In this document: positions 20,723 to 28,984 of the stretch, piece after piece
How the letters are laid out: the number at the start of each line of letters is the position of its first letter
Position numbering within the stretch: the stretch's first letter is position 1
Origin: a virus
Direction: 5' to 3' (one strand)
Length of the DNA: 64,000 bases
Virus record (IMG/VR): IMGVR_UViG_3300024294_000597
Position numbers and translations under genes: made by a program
The notes under the pieces: model-generated
Database searches by the model: none
Seen by the model: the letters and a program-made list of their open reading frames with translations, nothing else
Told to the model about the DNA's origin: nothing

Positions 20723-20884
20723 TTATTTTAGGAATAAAATTAATAGTCCTAATGCGACAATCCAGGGCGCATATCGCCAACCGAATTTAACGGAGCCGAC
20801 TATAACTGCTAGTACAACACCAACAGTTATCCCGGTAATGATTAAGGGTTGAAGTGTATCCCAAAAAACTTGAAGTGAATCCAT
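20723..20884 (-). CDS. 53-aa two-TM membrane protein (not in ORF track)
   Basis: MDSLQVFWDTLQPLIITGITVGVVLAVIVGSVKFGWRYAPWIVALGLLILFLK; fills the gap exactly. Confidence 0.65.
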   Translation of the reverse strand: MDSLQVFWDTLQPLIITGITVGVVLAVIVGSVKFGWRYAPWIVALGLLILFLK

Positions 20885-21082
20885 TTAGTGAATCCAATCA
20901 TACACGGCTTCGTGCAAGAACGAACCGTTCTCATTGATTACTTCTAACTGTTCTTCGGTAGCTTCAACGCCATCGATTTCAGCCTCTGAGATATATGCAT
21001 CACAGAATTTAGGAGCATCAGCATAATCGATGCCCTCTACACTCATTACATCTACCTTACTAAAGTCTATTTTTATTTTCAT
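20885..21082 (-). CDS. Small acidic hypothetical phage protein
   Basis: AGGAGG RBS; DAPKFCDAYI..A. Confidence 0.75.
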   Translation of the reverse strand: MKIKIDFSKVDVMSVEGIDYADAPKFCDAYISEAEIDGVEATEEQLEVINENGSFLHEAVYDWIH

Positions 21083-21092
21083 ATGTGCCTCC

Positions 21093-21389
21093 TTAAGCTA
21101 CTTTACGTGTTATCATTGATTTGTGCAATCGAGTACTACCTCGAAAGATTGGGTTATTACCAGCATTAGATACGTCTACTGTTGAACGATTGTTCTTGGT
21201 AATGACACCTTGCTTTAGTACCCCACCGTATTCCCATTCGATAGTATCACCAATCTTAAGTCCTGCGGCTTTTTGTTTACCTAGAAACGTTTGGTGTCTA
21301 CGAAAATGGTCTGCTAGTACTGACAACTCACCACTAGATTGTATACGGCTCAGAGCCACGATTGCATTTTCTAATTCTTTACTCATCAT
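21093..21389 (-). CDS. Small hypothetical protein, SH3-like C-terminus
   Basis: LKIGDTIEW...G.I.K.N; GAGAGG RBS and own promoter. Confidence 0.7.
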   Translation of the reverse strand: MMSKELENAIVALSRIQSSGELSVLADHFRRHQTFLGKQKAAGLKIGDTIEWEYGGVLKQGVITKNNRSTVDVSNAGNNPIFRGSTRLHKSMITRKVA

Positions 21390-21422
21390 AGTATTAACCT
21401 CTCTTTTATTAACTATACTTAC

Positions 21423-21451
21423 AGTATAACACTGATTCGATATTTGTCAAG
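21423..21451 (-). promoter_or_regulatory. Sigma70-type promoter with GANTC in spacer
   Basis: CTTGAC-N17-TATACT; TGATTCG at 21433-21439 (+). Confidence 0.8.
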
Positions 21452-21454
21452 TTT

Positions 21455-21754
21455 TTACAACATATCCAATATAGGAGACTTCAACCAAGCACGTAAACCC
21501 TTTTCATACTGTATTGAATCAGCAAACTTCTGTTTGTCAAATGGTTTGACAATCGTTTGTTCTAGGGCTTTCATCTTCTTGGCTTGTACTAGTGTTACAC
21601 GTACACGTTTGTTATCATCAGTAAGCACTGACGTAAGCGGTTTAGGGTTCCCTTGCGAGTCTTCTATCTTAGAAAACTGTAGGAACATCTTCGCTTGTTT
21701 ATACGACGGACCGTATTCATCTTCTTCTGTTCTGTTATAACTTTCTTTGCTCAT
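21455..21754 (-). CDS. Hypothetical protein
   Basis: GAGAGG RBS; cassette orientation. Confidence 0.7.
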   Translation of the reverse strand: MSKESYNRTEEDEYGPSYKQAKMFLQFSKIEDSQGNPKPLTSVLTDDNKRVRVTLVQAKKMKALEQTIVKPFDKQKFADSIQYEKGLRAWLKSPILDML

Positions 21755-21864
21755 AATACTACCTCTCTGTTAGTTTGTTATTTGCGTGTCCTCCGAAAAA
21801 GGCGTCGCGGAAACTCTTTCTCTTTCGGAAAATTTTTCTCATATAGATAAACTACTCATATAAT

Positions 21865-22011
21865 CTATTGTTGTCTAGTCCTCCGAAGTTCACGTTTAAC
21901 CCGTTTCATTTCACGATACATGTGCCAACGGTATTGCAAGTATTCAGACCCTATAATAACGGCTGAGACAATGATTGACGCTATCCCAATGATAATCCAA
22001 TCAGAATACAT
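21865..22011 (-). CDS. 48-aa single-TM peptide with basic tail (not in ORF track)
   Basis: MYSDWIIIGIASIIVSAVIIGSEYLQYRWHMYREMKRVKRELRRTRQQ; TAATG coupling. Confidence 0.6.
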   Translation of the reverse strand: MYSDWIIIGIASIIVSAVIIGSEYLQYRWHMYREMKRVKRELRRTRQQ

Positions 22012-22391
22012 TATGATACCGCCATCAATTCTATCTTACCACTTGCTGAGTTAGGTACTAGTTCCATGTGTACATTCTGCTCAACAGCCGCATCAAGGAT
22101 AATCTGTTCCATAATCGGTTCTACTATCTCTGTAATACGATCCCACTGACCTTCATAGTAATACCCGTGACGATATTCAGGTAATGGTAATTGATCCCGG
22201 CGTAAGCCTAACACACGTAACTGCCTACCCCTATTACCCAATCCGTTATTGAATATGTCATGTACTACATTCCCTGCTTTACGTAGTCGCTCTAAACACT
22301 TATTCTTATTCACTGAATGTACAGAACCCTCTAGTGGAATACTTTCATCTAGTTTATATACTACTGATTCTAAATCTTTACATACCCACAT
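22011..22391 (-). CDS. Hypothetical phage protein
   Basis: LERLRKA.N.VHDIFNNGLGN; RBS and promoter. Confidence 0.7.
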   Translation of the reverse strand: MWVCKDLESVVYKLDESIPLEGSVHSVNKNKCLERLRKAGNVVHDIFNNGLGNRGRQLRVLGLRRDQLPLPEYRHGYYYEGQWDRITEIVEPIMEQIILDAAVEQNVHMELVPNSASGKIELMAVS

Positions 22392-22419
22392 GTTTAAACC
22401 TTTCTTTGACTATAGATAT

Positions 22420-22448
22420 AATATATCACTGATTCTTTATTTGTCAAG
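22420..22448 (-). promoter_or_regulatory. Sigma70-type promoter with GANTC in spacer
   Basis: CTTGAC-N17-TATATT; TGATTCT at 22430-22436 (+). Confidence 0.75.
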
Positions 22449-22451
22449 TTT

Positions 22452-22781
22452 TTATTGATAGTATTTTGGATTATTATATATCTCATCAGCAATCATATTA
22501 TTCTCATGTAGAATAGCTAACTGAGTATGTGGATGAAACGCAACACACATAAATCCATCTTCTTCGTATAGCTTAATGTTCTCTTGATACTCATGTTCAG
22601 TTAAACAATCAGCATACTCTAAGTGAGTTAATCCTGGTTCTAATACTAGATAGTCATGCTTGAAGTTGACAAATTCGGTATCGGGTTCTAAATCATGCTT
22701 AGATAAAAAGTTCTCATACATAGTAGTAGCAAATGAGTTAGAGGCAGAACTTATATAGTTAGACATATTAGTAACAATCAT
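22452..22781 (-). CDS. Acidic hypothetical protein
   Basis: AAGGAG RBS and upstream promoter. Confidence 0.65.
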   Translation of the reverse strand: MIVTNMSNYISSASNSFATTMYENFLSKHDLEPDTEFVNFKHDYLVLEPGLTHLEYADCLTEHEYQENIKLYEEDGFMCVAFHPHTQLAILHENNMIADEIYNNPKYYQ

Positions 22782-22810
22782 AGGGGAGACTCCTTAATTA
22801 AGATATACGT

Positions 22811-22840
22811 AGTATACACGATTATACACGGTTTGTCAAG
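22811..22840 (-). promoter_or_regulatory. Sigma70-type promoter, near-miss GANTC (CGATTA)
   Basis: CTTGAC-N18-TATACT. Confidence 0.65.
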
Positions 22841-23153
22841 TTTTGGCACCCTATACATGACACGGTGGTAAAAATATTCTGCGTATTTTTTTGGAATGTG
22901 GATCCAATATAAAAAAGTGGTAAACACTGTATAGGGAAACCCTATATGGAAATAGAGGCAAAAAATGGTCTGCGACCAAACGCCACCTCCAGGCCAAACA
23001 CTTTCCTACTATATATACAAAAGTTCCGATTCGCAAGGCCTTTTATTTTATTTTTTATTTTTACCTGAATCTTTTTGTTTTTCTTTCCATGCACGGTAAC
23101 CATCAAGCCACGCTGTTTCCATAGTAGTAGGAGTCTTACTCTTAGACTTCTTA

Positions 23154-23498
23154 CTATGCTTGTGCTTTGCCGTTATGTTCTTTTTTCCATTCCCATTCAT
23201 CTGTACTCCATTCGTAATCATCATAGTCTACCCCATCCTCATAGTCTATGGGTATGCACTCTGCTATCTTATGAGTAGTATACAAGTCACCAGTATAGTC
23301 TGAGTTCCAGTCCTGTGCTGATACTTCTACTTCCTCTCCCTTATAGAACCCATCCTTATATACGACACGCTCTATGCCTCCACACTCCAGTACGGCTTCT
23401 TCTGCCTGCTCTGGAGAGTCCGCTACTACATCATACTCTACCCATGTAGTGTACGCTGTCTTAACCCTGAACTTCTGCTTACCTATATCTTTATGCAT
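23154..23498 (-). CDS. Acidic hypothetical protein
   Basis: V.ADSPEQAEE motif; overlaps upstream gene. Confidence 0.7.
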   Translation of the reverse strand: MHKDIGKQKFRVKTAYTTWVEYDVVADSPEQAEEAVLECGGIERVVYKDGFYKGEEVEVSAQDWNSDYTGDLYTTHKIAECIPIDYEDGVDYDDYEWSTDEWEWKKEHNGKAQA

Positions 23499-23712
23499 TG
23501 TTATCCTTTATTACAGTTGCTTGATACTTCCCGTTAACAGTATATAATATCTTATACCTATCATAGTATGTCTTAGGGTCCCATGCTATGTTCTGTAGCT
23601 TCTGTTCCCACATAGCACGATAGTTCGGGTCTATGTTGTCTGGTAAACGATGTATAAACTGTTTTAGTTTATTAGCACGTTCCCATTGAGTATTGAAATC
23701 AAATGGACCCAA
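23491..23712 (-). CDS. Hypothetical protein
   Basis: GGAGG RBS before TTG start. Confidence 0.65.
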   Translation of the reverse strand: MGPFDFNTQWERANKLKQFIHRLPDNIDPNYRAMWEQKLQNIAWDPKTYYDRYKILYTVNGKYQATVIKDNNA

Positions 23713-23880
23713 TTAGTCCTCCTGTGATAGCAACACTGAACGTAGCATTAATACAATGCCAGACACAGTGAATATACCAAACCCTAGCCAGTTATTTGAT
23801 TCGTAACCGGTTGGACCATCGATGCATCCTACTGCTAATATCATACAGATGATGCCGGTTATACCATAGAATGTACTCAT
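23713..23880 (-). CDS. 55-aa two-TM membrane protein (not in ORF track)
   Basis: MSTFYGITGIICMILAVGCIDGPTGYESNNWLGFGIFTVSGIVLMLRSVLLSQED; ATGA overlap. Confidence 0.65.
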   Translation of the reverse strand: MSTFYGITGIICMILAVGCIDGPTGYESNNWLGFGIFTVSGIVLMLRSVLLSQED

Positions 23881-24086
23881 TGATACTTACTCCAATATTC
23901 GTTCCACATTTCTGACACTGTTTCTTCAATATCGTTTTCATCAAGGCTTAAGTAAAGGCTTTCCTTGTTATACTGTACTGCATCAGCAGTTGCTTCTGAA
24001 ACGGTATCATTACTCTTAATAAACTCTGCACACTTATCCCAGAACTGTTCTTCCAGTTCCATTACCCATGCTCCTGTCTTAGACAT
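23877..24086 (-). CDS. Small acidic hypothetical phage protein
   Basis: MSKTGAWVMELEE...WNEYWSKY; TAATG coupling. Confidence 0.75.
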   Translation of the reverse strand: MSKTGAWVMELEEQFWDKCAEFIKSNDTVSEATADAVQYNKESLYLSLDENDIEETVSEMWNEYWSKYQ

Positions 24087-24313
24087 TATTTGCTCACTTT
24101 CTGTTTGTTTATGTGTGAGGCAACCAGTGCATCAAACCTTGTCATGTAATCTACCATACTCAGACTGTTACCGTCAGCGTCCATGAAACAATCAGCATCA
24201 ACATAGTTCCAGTTGACCGAACCATCTGAATTAAGGTTCTCTGGGTTAACAACTGCGGTTGCGAATACTGATTCTAAATTTGTCATACTTGTTTCTCTCA
24301 CTTTATTTCTCAT
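24086..24313 (-). CDS. Small hypothetical phage protein (alternative start 24286)
   Basis: PENLNSDGSVNWNYVDAD; own promoter. Confidence 0.75.
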   Translation of the reverse strand: MRNKVRETSMTNLESVFATAVVNPENLNSDGSVNWNYVDADCFMDADGNSLSMVDYMTRFDALVASHINKQKVSK

Positions 24314-24322
24314 TATGTATAT

Positions 24323-24351
24323 ACTATAACATGATTCGCTATATTGTCAAG
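24323..24351 (-). promoter_or_regulatory. Sigma70-type promoter with GANTC in spacer
   Basis: CTTGAC-N17-TATAGT; TGATTCG at 24332-24338 (+). Confidence 0.8.
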
Positions 24352-24419
24352 TTTTTAATACCGGAGGCCAAACATATATATGATATAATATATATGATTA
24401 AAAAGGTTTAATGTTAAAC

Positions 24420-24667
24420 CATTACCGGGCGGTTTTGCATACGTATGCAAGGTTTCCCGGATAACCGTAACAGTACAGGTTCAGGGAGGCCAAAGGCCTC
24501 CCGTCACCGTTCTCTACAGTATTGCTTAATTGCCTGATACCCTACGTATCCCAGCCTAGGTTTAAGCTACCCGAACTATGGGTTTTGTTTGTTTAATGAC
24601 GTAAAAACCAGGGCAACCCTTAAAACTCGTCATAGTCGTATACTTTCCCATCGTAGCCCATTAGACA
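24420..24667. ncRNA. Candidate structured non-coding RNA or cis-element
   Basis: No ORF of 60 aa or more; several GC-rich stems (24435-24450, 24484-24502, 24596-24633). Confidence 0.35.
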
Positions 24668-25036
24668 TTAGTTCAAGTAAAGAGGACCTGTCCATTGTAT
24701 AGTGTAATCATCATCGAAGATATTACCTCGAGCGGCGTTTAGAGCAGGAGCCTGCCATCCAGCGGCTTTAAGGATATCACCTTTGTTGAAACACTTACTT
24801 CCTTTATTAAAATCATCTTTAGCGATAAAGCCCCATACTGAACTTCCGCTAATGACTTTGATATACTTTTGTCCCTCTTTAAGGGTAATCTTTGAATTGA
24901 ATTCAGCAATCATGGATTTATTAACTTCCGATAACTCTTTCGTACCATTACGTGAAGTCCAACGGTAATAATCGTCTTTGATATTCTGAATTAAATTATC
25001 TAACTGTTGTTGCATATTTGTTCCCTCATCTTTCAT
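24668..25036 (-). CDS. Hypothetical phage protein (alternative start 25015)
   Basis: KYIKVI..SVWGFI...GDILKAAGWQAPALNAARGNIF. Confidence 0.8.
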   Translation of the reverse strand: MKDEGTNMQQQLDNLIQNIKDDYYRWTSRNGTKELSEVNKSMIAEFNSKITLKEGQKYIKVISGSSVWGFIAKDDFNKGSKCFNKGDILKAAGWQAPALNAARGNIFDDDYTIQWTGPLYLN

Positions 25037-25047
25037 TCTATACTTAT

Positions 25048-25077
25048 AGTATACACTTGATTCGCGGTTTTGTCAAG
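25048..25077 (-). promoter_or_regulatory. Sigma70-type promoter with GANTC in spacer
   Basis: CTTGAC-N18-TATACT; TGATTCG at 25058-25064 (+). Confidence 0.8.
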
Positions 25078-25078
25078 T

Positions 25079-25258
25079 TTAATCGAAAAAGTTACCCAAC
25101 ACCCAAACGAACTTAGTATCACTTACTTGACTCCATACTCCATCAGACCAATTATTCCACAATATAGCTTTATTGGCATCTTCCATAACATCAAGGCCGT
25201 TCTCTGCTTGTGCAGTAAATACGTCACCTAAATGATTTTCAAATGTAAATGTTTTCAT
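25079..25258 (-). CDS. 59-aa hypothetical protein (not in ORF track)
   Basis: MKTFTFENHLGDVFTAQAENGLDVMEDANKAILWNNWSDGVWSQVSDTKFVWVLGNFFD; own promoter. Confidence 0.7.
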   Translation of the reverse strand: MKTFTFENHLGDVFTAQAENGLDVMEDANKAILWNNWSDGVWSQVSDTKFVWVLGNFFD

Positions 25259-25286
25259 ATTCTCACTCTCTTGTTAGTATGTATAT

Positions 25287-25315
25287 ACTATAACACGATT
25301 CGCTGTATTGTCAAG
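25287..25315 (-). promoter_or_regulatory. Sigma70-type promoter with GANTC in spacer
   Basis: CTTGAC-N17-TATAGT; CGATTCG at 25296-25302 (+). Confidence 0.8.
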
Positions 25316-25350
25316 TTTATGGCAAAACTATTTCCCACGTAGGGCACGGT

Positions 25351-25596
25351 TTTAATTCACTATAGGGGAACAGTATAGGGTAACTGTAGAGCATAGTTGT
25401 GGAATACGCTATATAATTCATCCAGAATGGTGGCGAATCACGCTGTAACACGCTCTAAGGCGCTCTAAAGGTACATTTAGCCCATATGTTGCAGGAAAAT
25501 AAAATAATTACCGCTAGGAAGAGGACGTTGTTCCTAAAAGGAATTATGAATATACCATTAATTAAATTAATTAATTATTTAATTCACTATAGGGGA
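25351..25596. repeat. 19-bp direct repeat TTTAATTCACTATAGGGGA (25351, 25578) flanking 3x10-bp tandem CGCTSTAA (25441-25470)
   Basis: Read directly from sequence. Confidence 0.85.
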
Positions 25597-26099
25597 TACT
25601 TATCTTCTGAGAACCGTAACCAGAATGCCCATAACCGTTTAAGCACTGATACCTTTATCGTGGGTTCATTGTGTTCACCATGTATCTCTGGGAAGTATTT
25701 CTTATAGTTCTCGTTATAGTCTGGTTGATTACTTAAATCATCACTGGGTAGTATCTTCACTTTGAGTTTCCCTATTTCTGGATTGTTTCGATGGTTCATC
25801 ACTGTGTGACGTTCTGTTAGTAATGTACTTGTATGTAATATACCTGTCCCGGACTGTGATATCACTATCTTTAGGCCCTAGTGAGTGTAAGAATCTATAA
25901 AGCAGTGGGAGAGAATGAGTAATCATAACTACTATACCACGCACGTATGCAGTATGTTTATACCCACTACTGCTATGTTCTGTAATAATCTTGAACCGTC
26001 TGTATATAGTATAATCCCGTGAATAGGTTGTTTTCATAGTCTGTCTCAGTTATGTTATTTAGCTCTGTTTATTACTATTACCTTTATCGTTATCTAGTG

Positions 26100-26315
26100 T
26101 TATCTGTATTTAACCAAAGTTATGAATTCTCTTTCGGTAATATCATGCCCACTTCTAGCACGATATACTTTATAAGCTGTAGTACGGTCTGGAGTATCTA
26201 TTATGGACATTGCACCGTTCATAATAGAATAAGTTCCCCATAGGCTACTGTATTCTATCGTTAGGTTATTGTAGCGTAGGTTTGTGGTGTCAGCGGGATT
26301 AGGTTTATCGCTCAT
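26100..26315 (-). CDS. Hypothetical protein
   Basis: ORF track only; no motif. Confidence 0.4.
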   Translation of the reverse strand: MSDKPNPADTTNLRYNNLTIEYSSLWGTYSIMNGAMSIIDTPDRTTAYKVYRARSGHDITEREFITLVKYR

Positions 26316-26421
26316 TTAATTTAATCAGTTGTTAATTAGTTCAAAAAAATTTACCGAAGAAGTCGCTACGCTCCGGGCTTCGCCCTTGTTTTCTCTTTTA
26401 TATCTAACTCTGAGTTGCGTT

Positions 26422-26655
26422 TTACTCGAATGTCCGCAAGTAGTCAGCTAAGTCTCGTAAGTTGTCTAGCTTGTCTAGTTCATCATCTGAGAATTCGCAT
26501 CCCATTATATCTTCTATTGAGACTAGTAGTTCTATAGAATCTAAGCTATCAATACCTTTATCTTTAAGAGAAATGCCTGCATTAATATCCTCATCTGTAA
26601 CTGTTATGTCTAATCGCTTGAGTATTTCGTCTTTGAGTATTTGTGTGCTATCCAT
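26422..26655 (-). CDS. acpP: Acyl carrier protein
   Basis: Acidic 77 aa; LKDKGIDSLDSIELLVSIED (phosphopantetheine Ser). Confidence 0.88.
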   Translation of the reverse strand: MDSTQILKDEILKRLDITVTDEDINAGISLKDKGIDSLDSIELLVSIEDIMGCEFSDDELDKLDNLRDLADYLRTFE

Positions 26656-27581
26656 TAGTATTCACCTTCGTTTAATTTAATATGTTCATATAGTGGGGCA
26701 ACAGTCCAGTTTTCTGTTATTCTTCCGCGTCTACGTGAATTTGGGTCAGGTATTCCTGAGTCATTGTCTGTGTCCCAGTTTGTTATTTTAACCCAGTGTC
26801 CACGATTAACTAATTTATTACCTTCTTTGAGTGGGAATAATATAGTATTGGGTTCATCATTATATATTCCGTACATTGGATTATCGTGATGACTCCAGAT
26901 ATAGTCTTCTGATATGTTCATTTGTTCTGAGCATAACTTAACTAACTGATTTAATTTAACATTATCTGCGACTTCTGTTTGATATCTACCTAATTGTCCT
27001 ACGTTTTTAATTCTCATAAAAGCATGACGTATTGATTCACGTTCAAAGAGTTCTAATAACTGACCGGGTGCTGTTTCATTTACATCTGGAACAATGATTG
27101 TACCTGTGTCTAGTATCATTTTACGTGCTTTAATATTACGCAGGGCTTTTATTTTCTTTTCGGCACAGCGTAGTTCATCAATCTTTTCATACCAATCATC
27201 ATTATCTACTCCATTGAGTGATAGGTAAACATGTCGTAAACCTGTATCATGTAATTCATCAACGTATCTGCGTGATGATAATCTTAATCCGTTTGTAAGT
27301 AAAATGCAACGATGTCCGAATTCAAATACTGAACGAATAAATTCACCACACTGTGGGTTCATTGTAGGTTCAGCACCAACTATTCGTATCATGCAACGAC
27401 CATTTAAACGTGATAAGAAATCACGAAACTTTTCTAAGTTCATGTCTGGGATTTCACGATTTGGTATGTAACAATTCTTGCAAGACATATTACATTTGTG
27501 TGTGATATCAGCCATGATATCCATAAATGTGTTTTCTTCTGGGAGTTGTTCGTGATAATTAAGTAAGATGTTATCTATCAT
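26655..27581 (-). CDS. Radical SAM protein (type D), translationally coupled to ACP
   Basis: THKCNMSCKNC, GAEPT, LTNG; TAATG overlap with ACP start. Confidence 0.88.
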   Translation of the reverse strand: MIDNILLNYHEQLPEENTFMDIMADITHKCNMSCKNCYIPNREIPDMNLEKFRDFLSRLNGRCMIRIVGAEPTMNPQCGEFIRSVFEFGHRCILLTNGLRLSSRRYVDELHDTGLRHVYLSLNGVDNDDWYEKIDELRCAEKKIKALRNIKARKMILDTGTIIVPDVNETAPGQLLELFERESIRHAFMRIKNVGQLGRYQTEVADNVKLNQLVKLCSEQMNISEDYIWSHHDNPMYGIYNDEPNTILFPLKEGNKLVNRGHWVKITNWDTDNDSGIPDPNSRRRGRITENWTVAPLYEHIKLNEGEY

Positions 27582-27594
27582 AAATAGTATTTAT
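27580..27594. promoter_or_regulatory. Back-to-back ATAAATA elements (putative late-type promoters)
   Basis: ATAAATA-G-TATTTAT palindrome between divergent genes; resembles the T4 late promoter TATAAATA. Confidence 0.45.
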
Positions 27595-27608
27595 CAGGGA
27601 GTAAATTC

Positions 27609-28241
27609 ATGGATAAAAGAAGCGTAGCACGTAACCGAATTGATAAGCCATTATTTAATTGTCTTGGACATATGAGTTCGATGAACCTAGAATTAATTAA
27701 TGAATTATATGATACCCAACCAGAAGAAGATGTACTGGATGTAAGTATTGGTTTGCGTAAGTCAGTTAACTTAGATGCATATAATATGAGTGATGAATTT
27801 ATGACCTTGGTTAATACTCGTAACTATCATCAGAAATTAATATCTAAACCCGCAGTTGCAGAACCTGTTAATGAATATGATTGGACTGTTCATAATGTAA
27901 AATATATACCTGTTATAAATGAATTACGTGATATATTGTCTGTACCTGAGTTATATAGATTACGTATGGGATGGATGAAGTCAACAGAAAGAATAGAACC
28001 ACATATAGACCAACCACATATCGATAGGTTTACTATGATTATGCGTGGGGAACATAGATTTGTTATTACTAAACGTGGGGTTGAACATGAGAGAATAATG
28101 AAGCCCGGAGAAGTTTGGTATATAAATACTAATTGGGATCATTCAGTATATATTGATACTGATGAGCCAAGAATAGCACTACTTGGATGTTTTAAATACG
28201 AGAAAACACTTGCTATTTCAGACGATTTGAGTTATAATTAA
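27609..28241 (+). CDS. Aspartyl/asparaginyl beta-hydroxylase-like 2OG-Fe(II) oxygenase
   Basis: IEPHID, GEVWYINT..HSV....PRIAL. Confidence 0.78.
   Translation: MDKRSVARNRIDKPLFNCLGHMSSMNLELINELYDTQPEEDVLDVSIGLRKSVNLDAYNMSDEFMTLVNTRNYHQKLISKPAVAEPVNEYDWTVHNVKYIPVINELRDILSVPELYRLRMGWMKSTERIEPHIDQPHIDRFTMIMRGEHRFVITKRGVEHERIMKPGEVWYINTNWDHSVYIDTDEPRIALLGCFKYEKTLAISDDLSYN
28210..28238 (+). promoter_or_regulatory. Sigma70-type promoter
   Basis: TTGCTA-N17-TATAAT upstream of 28265. Confidence 0.6.
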
Positions 28242-28264
28242 GTTAATTAAAAAGGGAATATTAT

Positions 28265-28984
28265 ATGTTATATGCAAACGGATGCAGTTTCACATATGGA
28301 ACTGGTCTAGCCCATAAAGACAGGGCATGGCCTTTTGTACTTGCAGAAAAGTTAAACATTTCTGATGTAGAAACAGAGGCACAGCGTGGAGTATCGAATA
28401 ATTATATTGTTCGTAATACTATTACTACTGTAAGCGAGAAGCTATCAGCAGGTGAAAAAGTTGATTTTGTTGCTATTGGTATGACCGCTCCTACTCGTAG
28501 AGAGCATTTTATTGAGAGCAAGAATTTATTAATTCATAATATTCCATCGCATGAGTATCATGGGAATATTAATTTAGATGAGCAAACTAACCGTGATTTA
28601 GATTTATTTAATCAATTATATATGAAGAACTTTTGGTCTCCTATATATGATTTTCATTGTTATCTAATTCATTTAATTACGTTACAGAGTTTCTTTAAGG
28701 CAAATAATATACCTTATTTAATATTTAATTCACTTAATTTAACTCCTAATTTATTAGAGCCAACTAAGTTCACAGAGTTATGTGAGCAAAGTGATATGGT
28801 TTCAGTGTATAAACAATTAGATATGAGTAAAATTTACGAAGACCAAACGTTTTTTACTTATATGTATGAAAAGAAAATGTTCTTTCCTGTAGAAGGAGAT
28901 GAACGTTATATGCATCCAGATGAAGATGCTCACGCCGAATGGGCTGAGATATTACATCAGGATATCAAAGGAAGAAAATCATGA
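28265..28984 (+). CDS. SGNH-like protein
   Basis: LYANGCSFTYG, GVSN, C-terminal HPDEDAH. Confidence 0.7.
   Translation: MLYANGCSFTYGTGLAHKDRAWPFVLAEKLNISDVETEAQRGVSNNYIVRNTITTVSEKLSAGEKVDFVAIGMTAPTRREHFIESKNLLIHNIPSHEYHGNINLDEQTNRDLDLFNQLYMKNFWSPIYDFHCYLIHLITLQSFFKANNIPYLIFNSLNLTPNLLEPTKFTELCEQSDMVSVYKQLDMSKIYEDQTFFTYMYEKKMFFPVEGDERYMHPDEDAHAEWAEILHQDIKGRKS

Noticed and set aside
22851-23278. ORFs 22851..23036 and 23075..23278
   Set aside because: Atypical composition; overlap hairpin region or lie antisense to a better gene.
21423-25315. Recurrent ~30-bp motif as CRISPR repeats
   Set aside because: Spacing is irregular (hundreds of bp), copies are degenerate and flank genes; they are promoters.
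25351-25596. TCACTATAGGG resembles the T7 promoter core or a cloning artefact
   Set aside because: The upstream specificity region TAATACGAC is absent, there is no single-subunit RNAP in the window and no vector context; kept only as a repeat.
25486-26243. ORFs 25486, 25587, 25741, 26052
   Set aside because: Mutually overlapping, no motifs or clear RBS; one or two may be real but cannot be supported.
26321-26335. TTAA-N7-TTAA CtrA-box match
   Set aside because: Single match, expected by chance in AT-rich DNA.
26655-27581. Calling this radical SAM moaA
   Set aside because: Lacks the C-terminal Cys cluster and GG end of MoaA; no other Moco genes.
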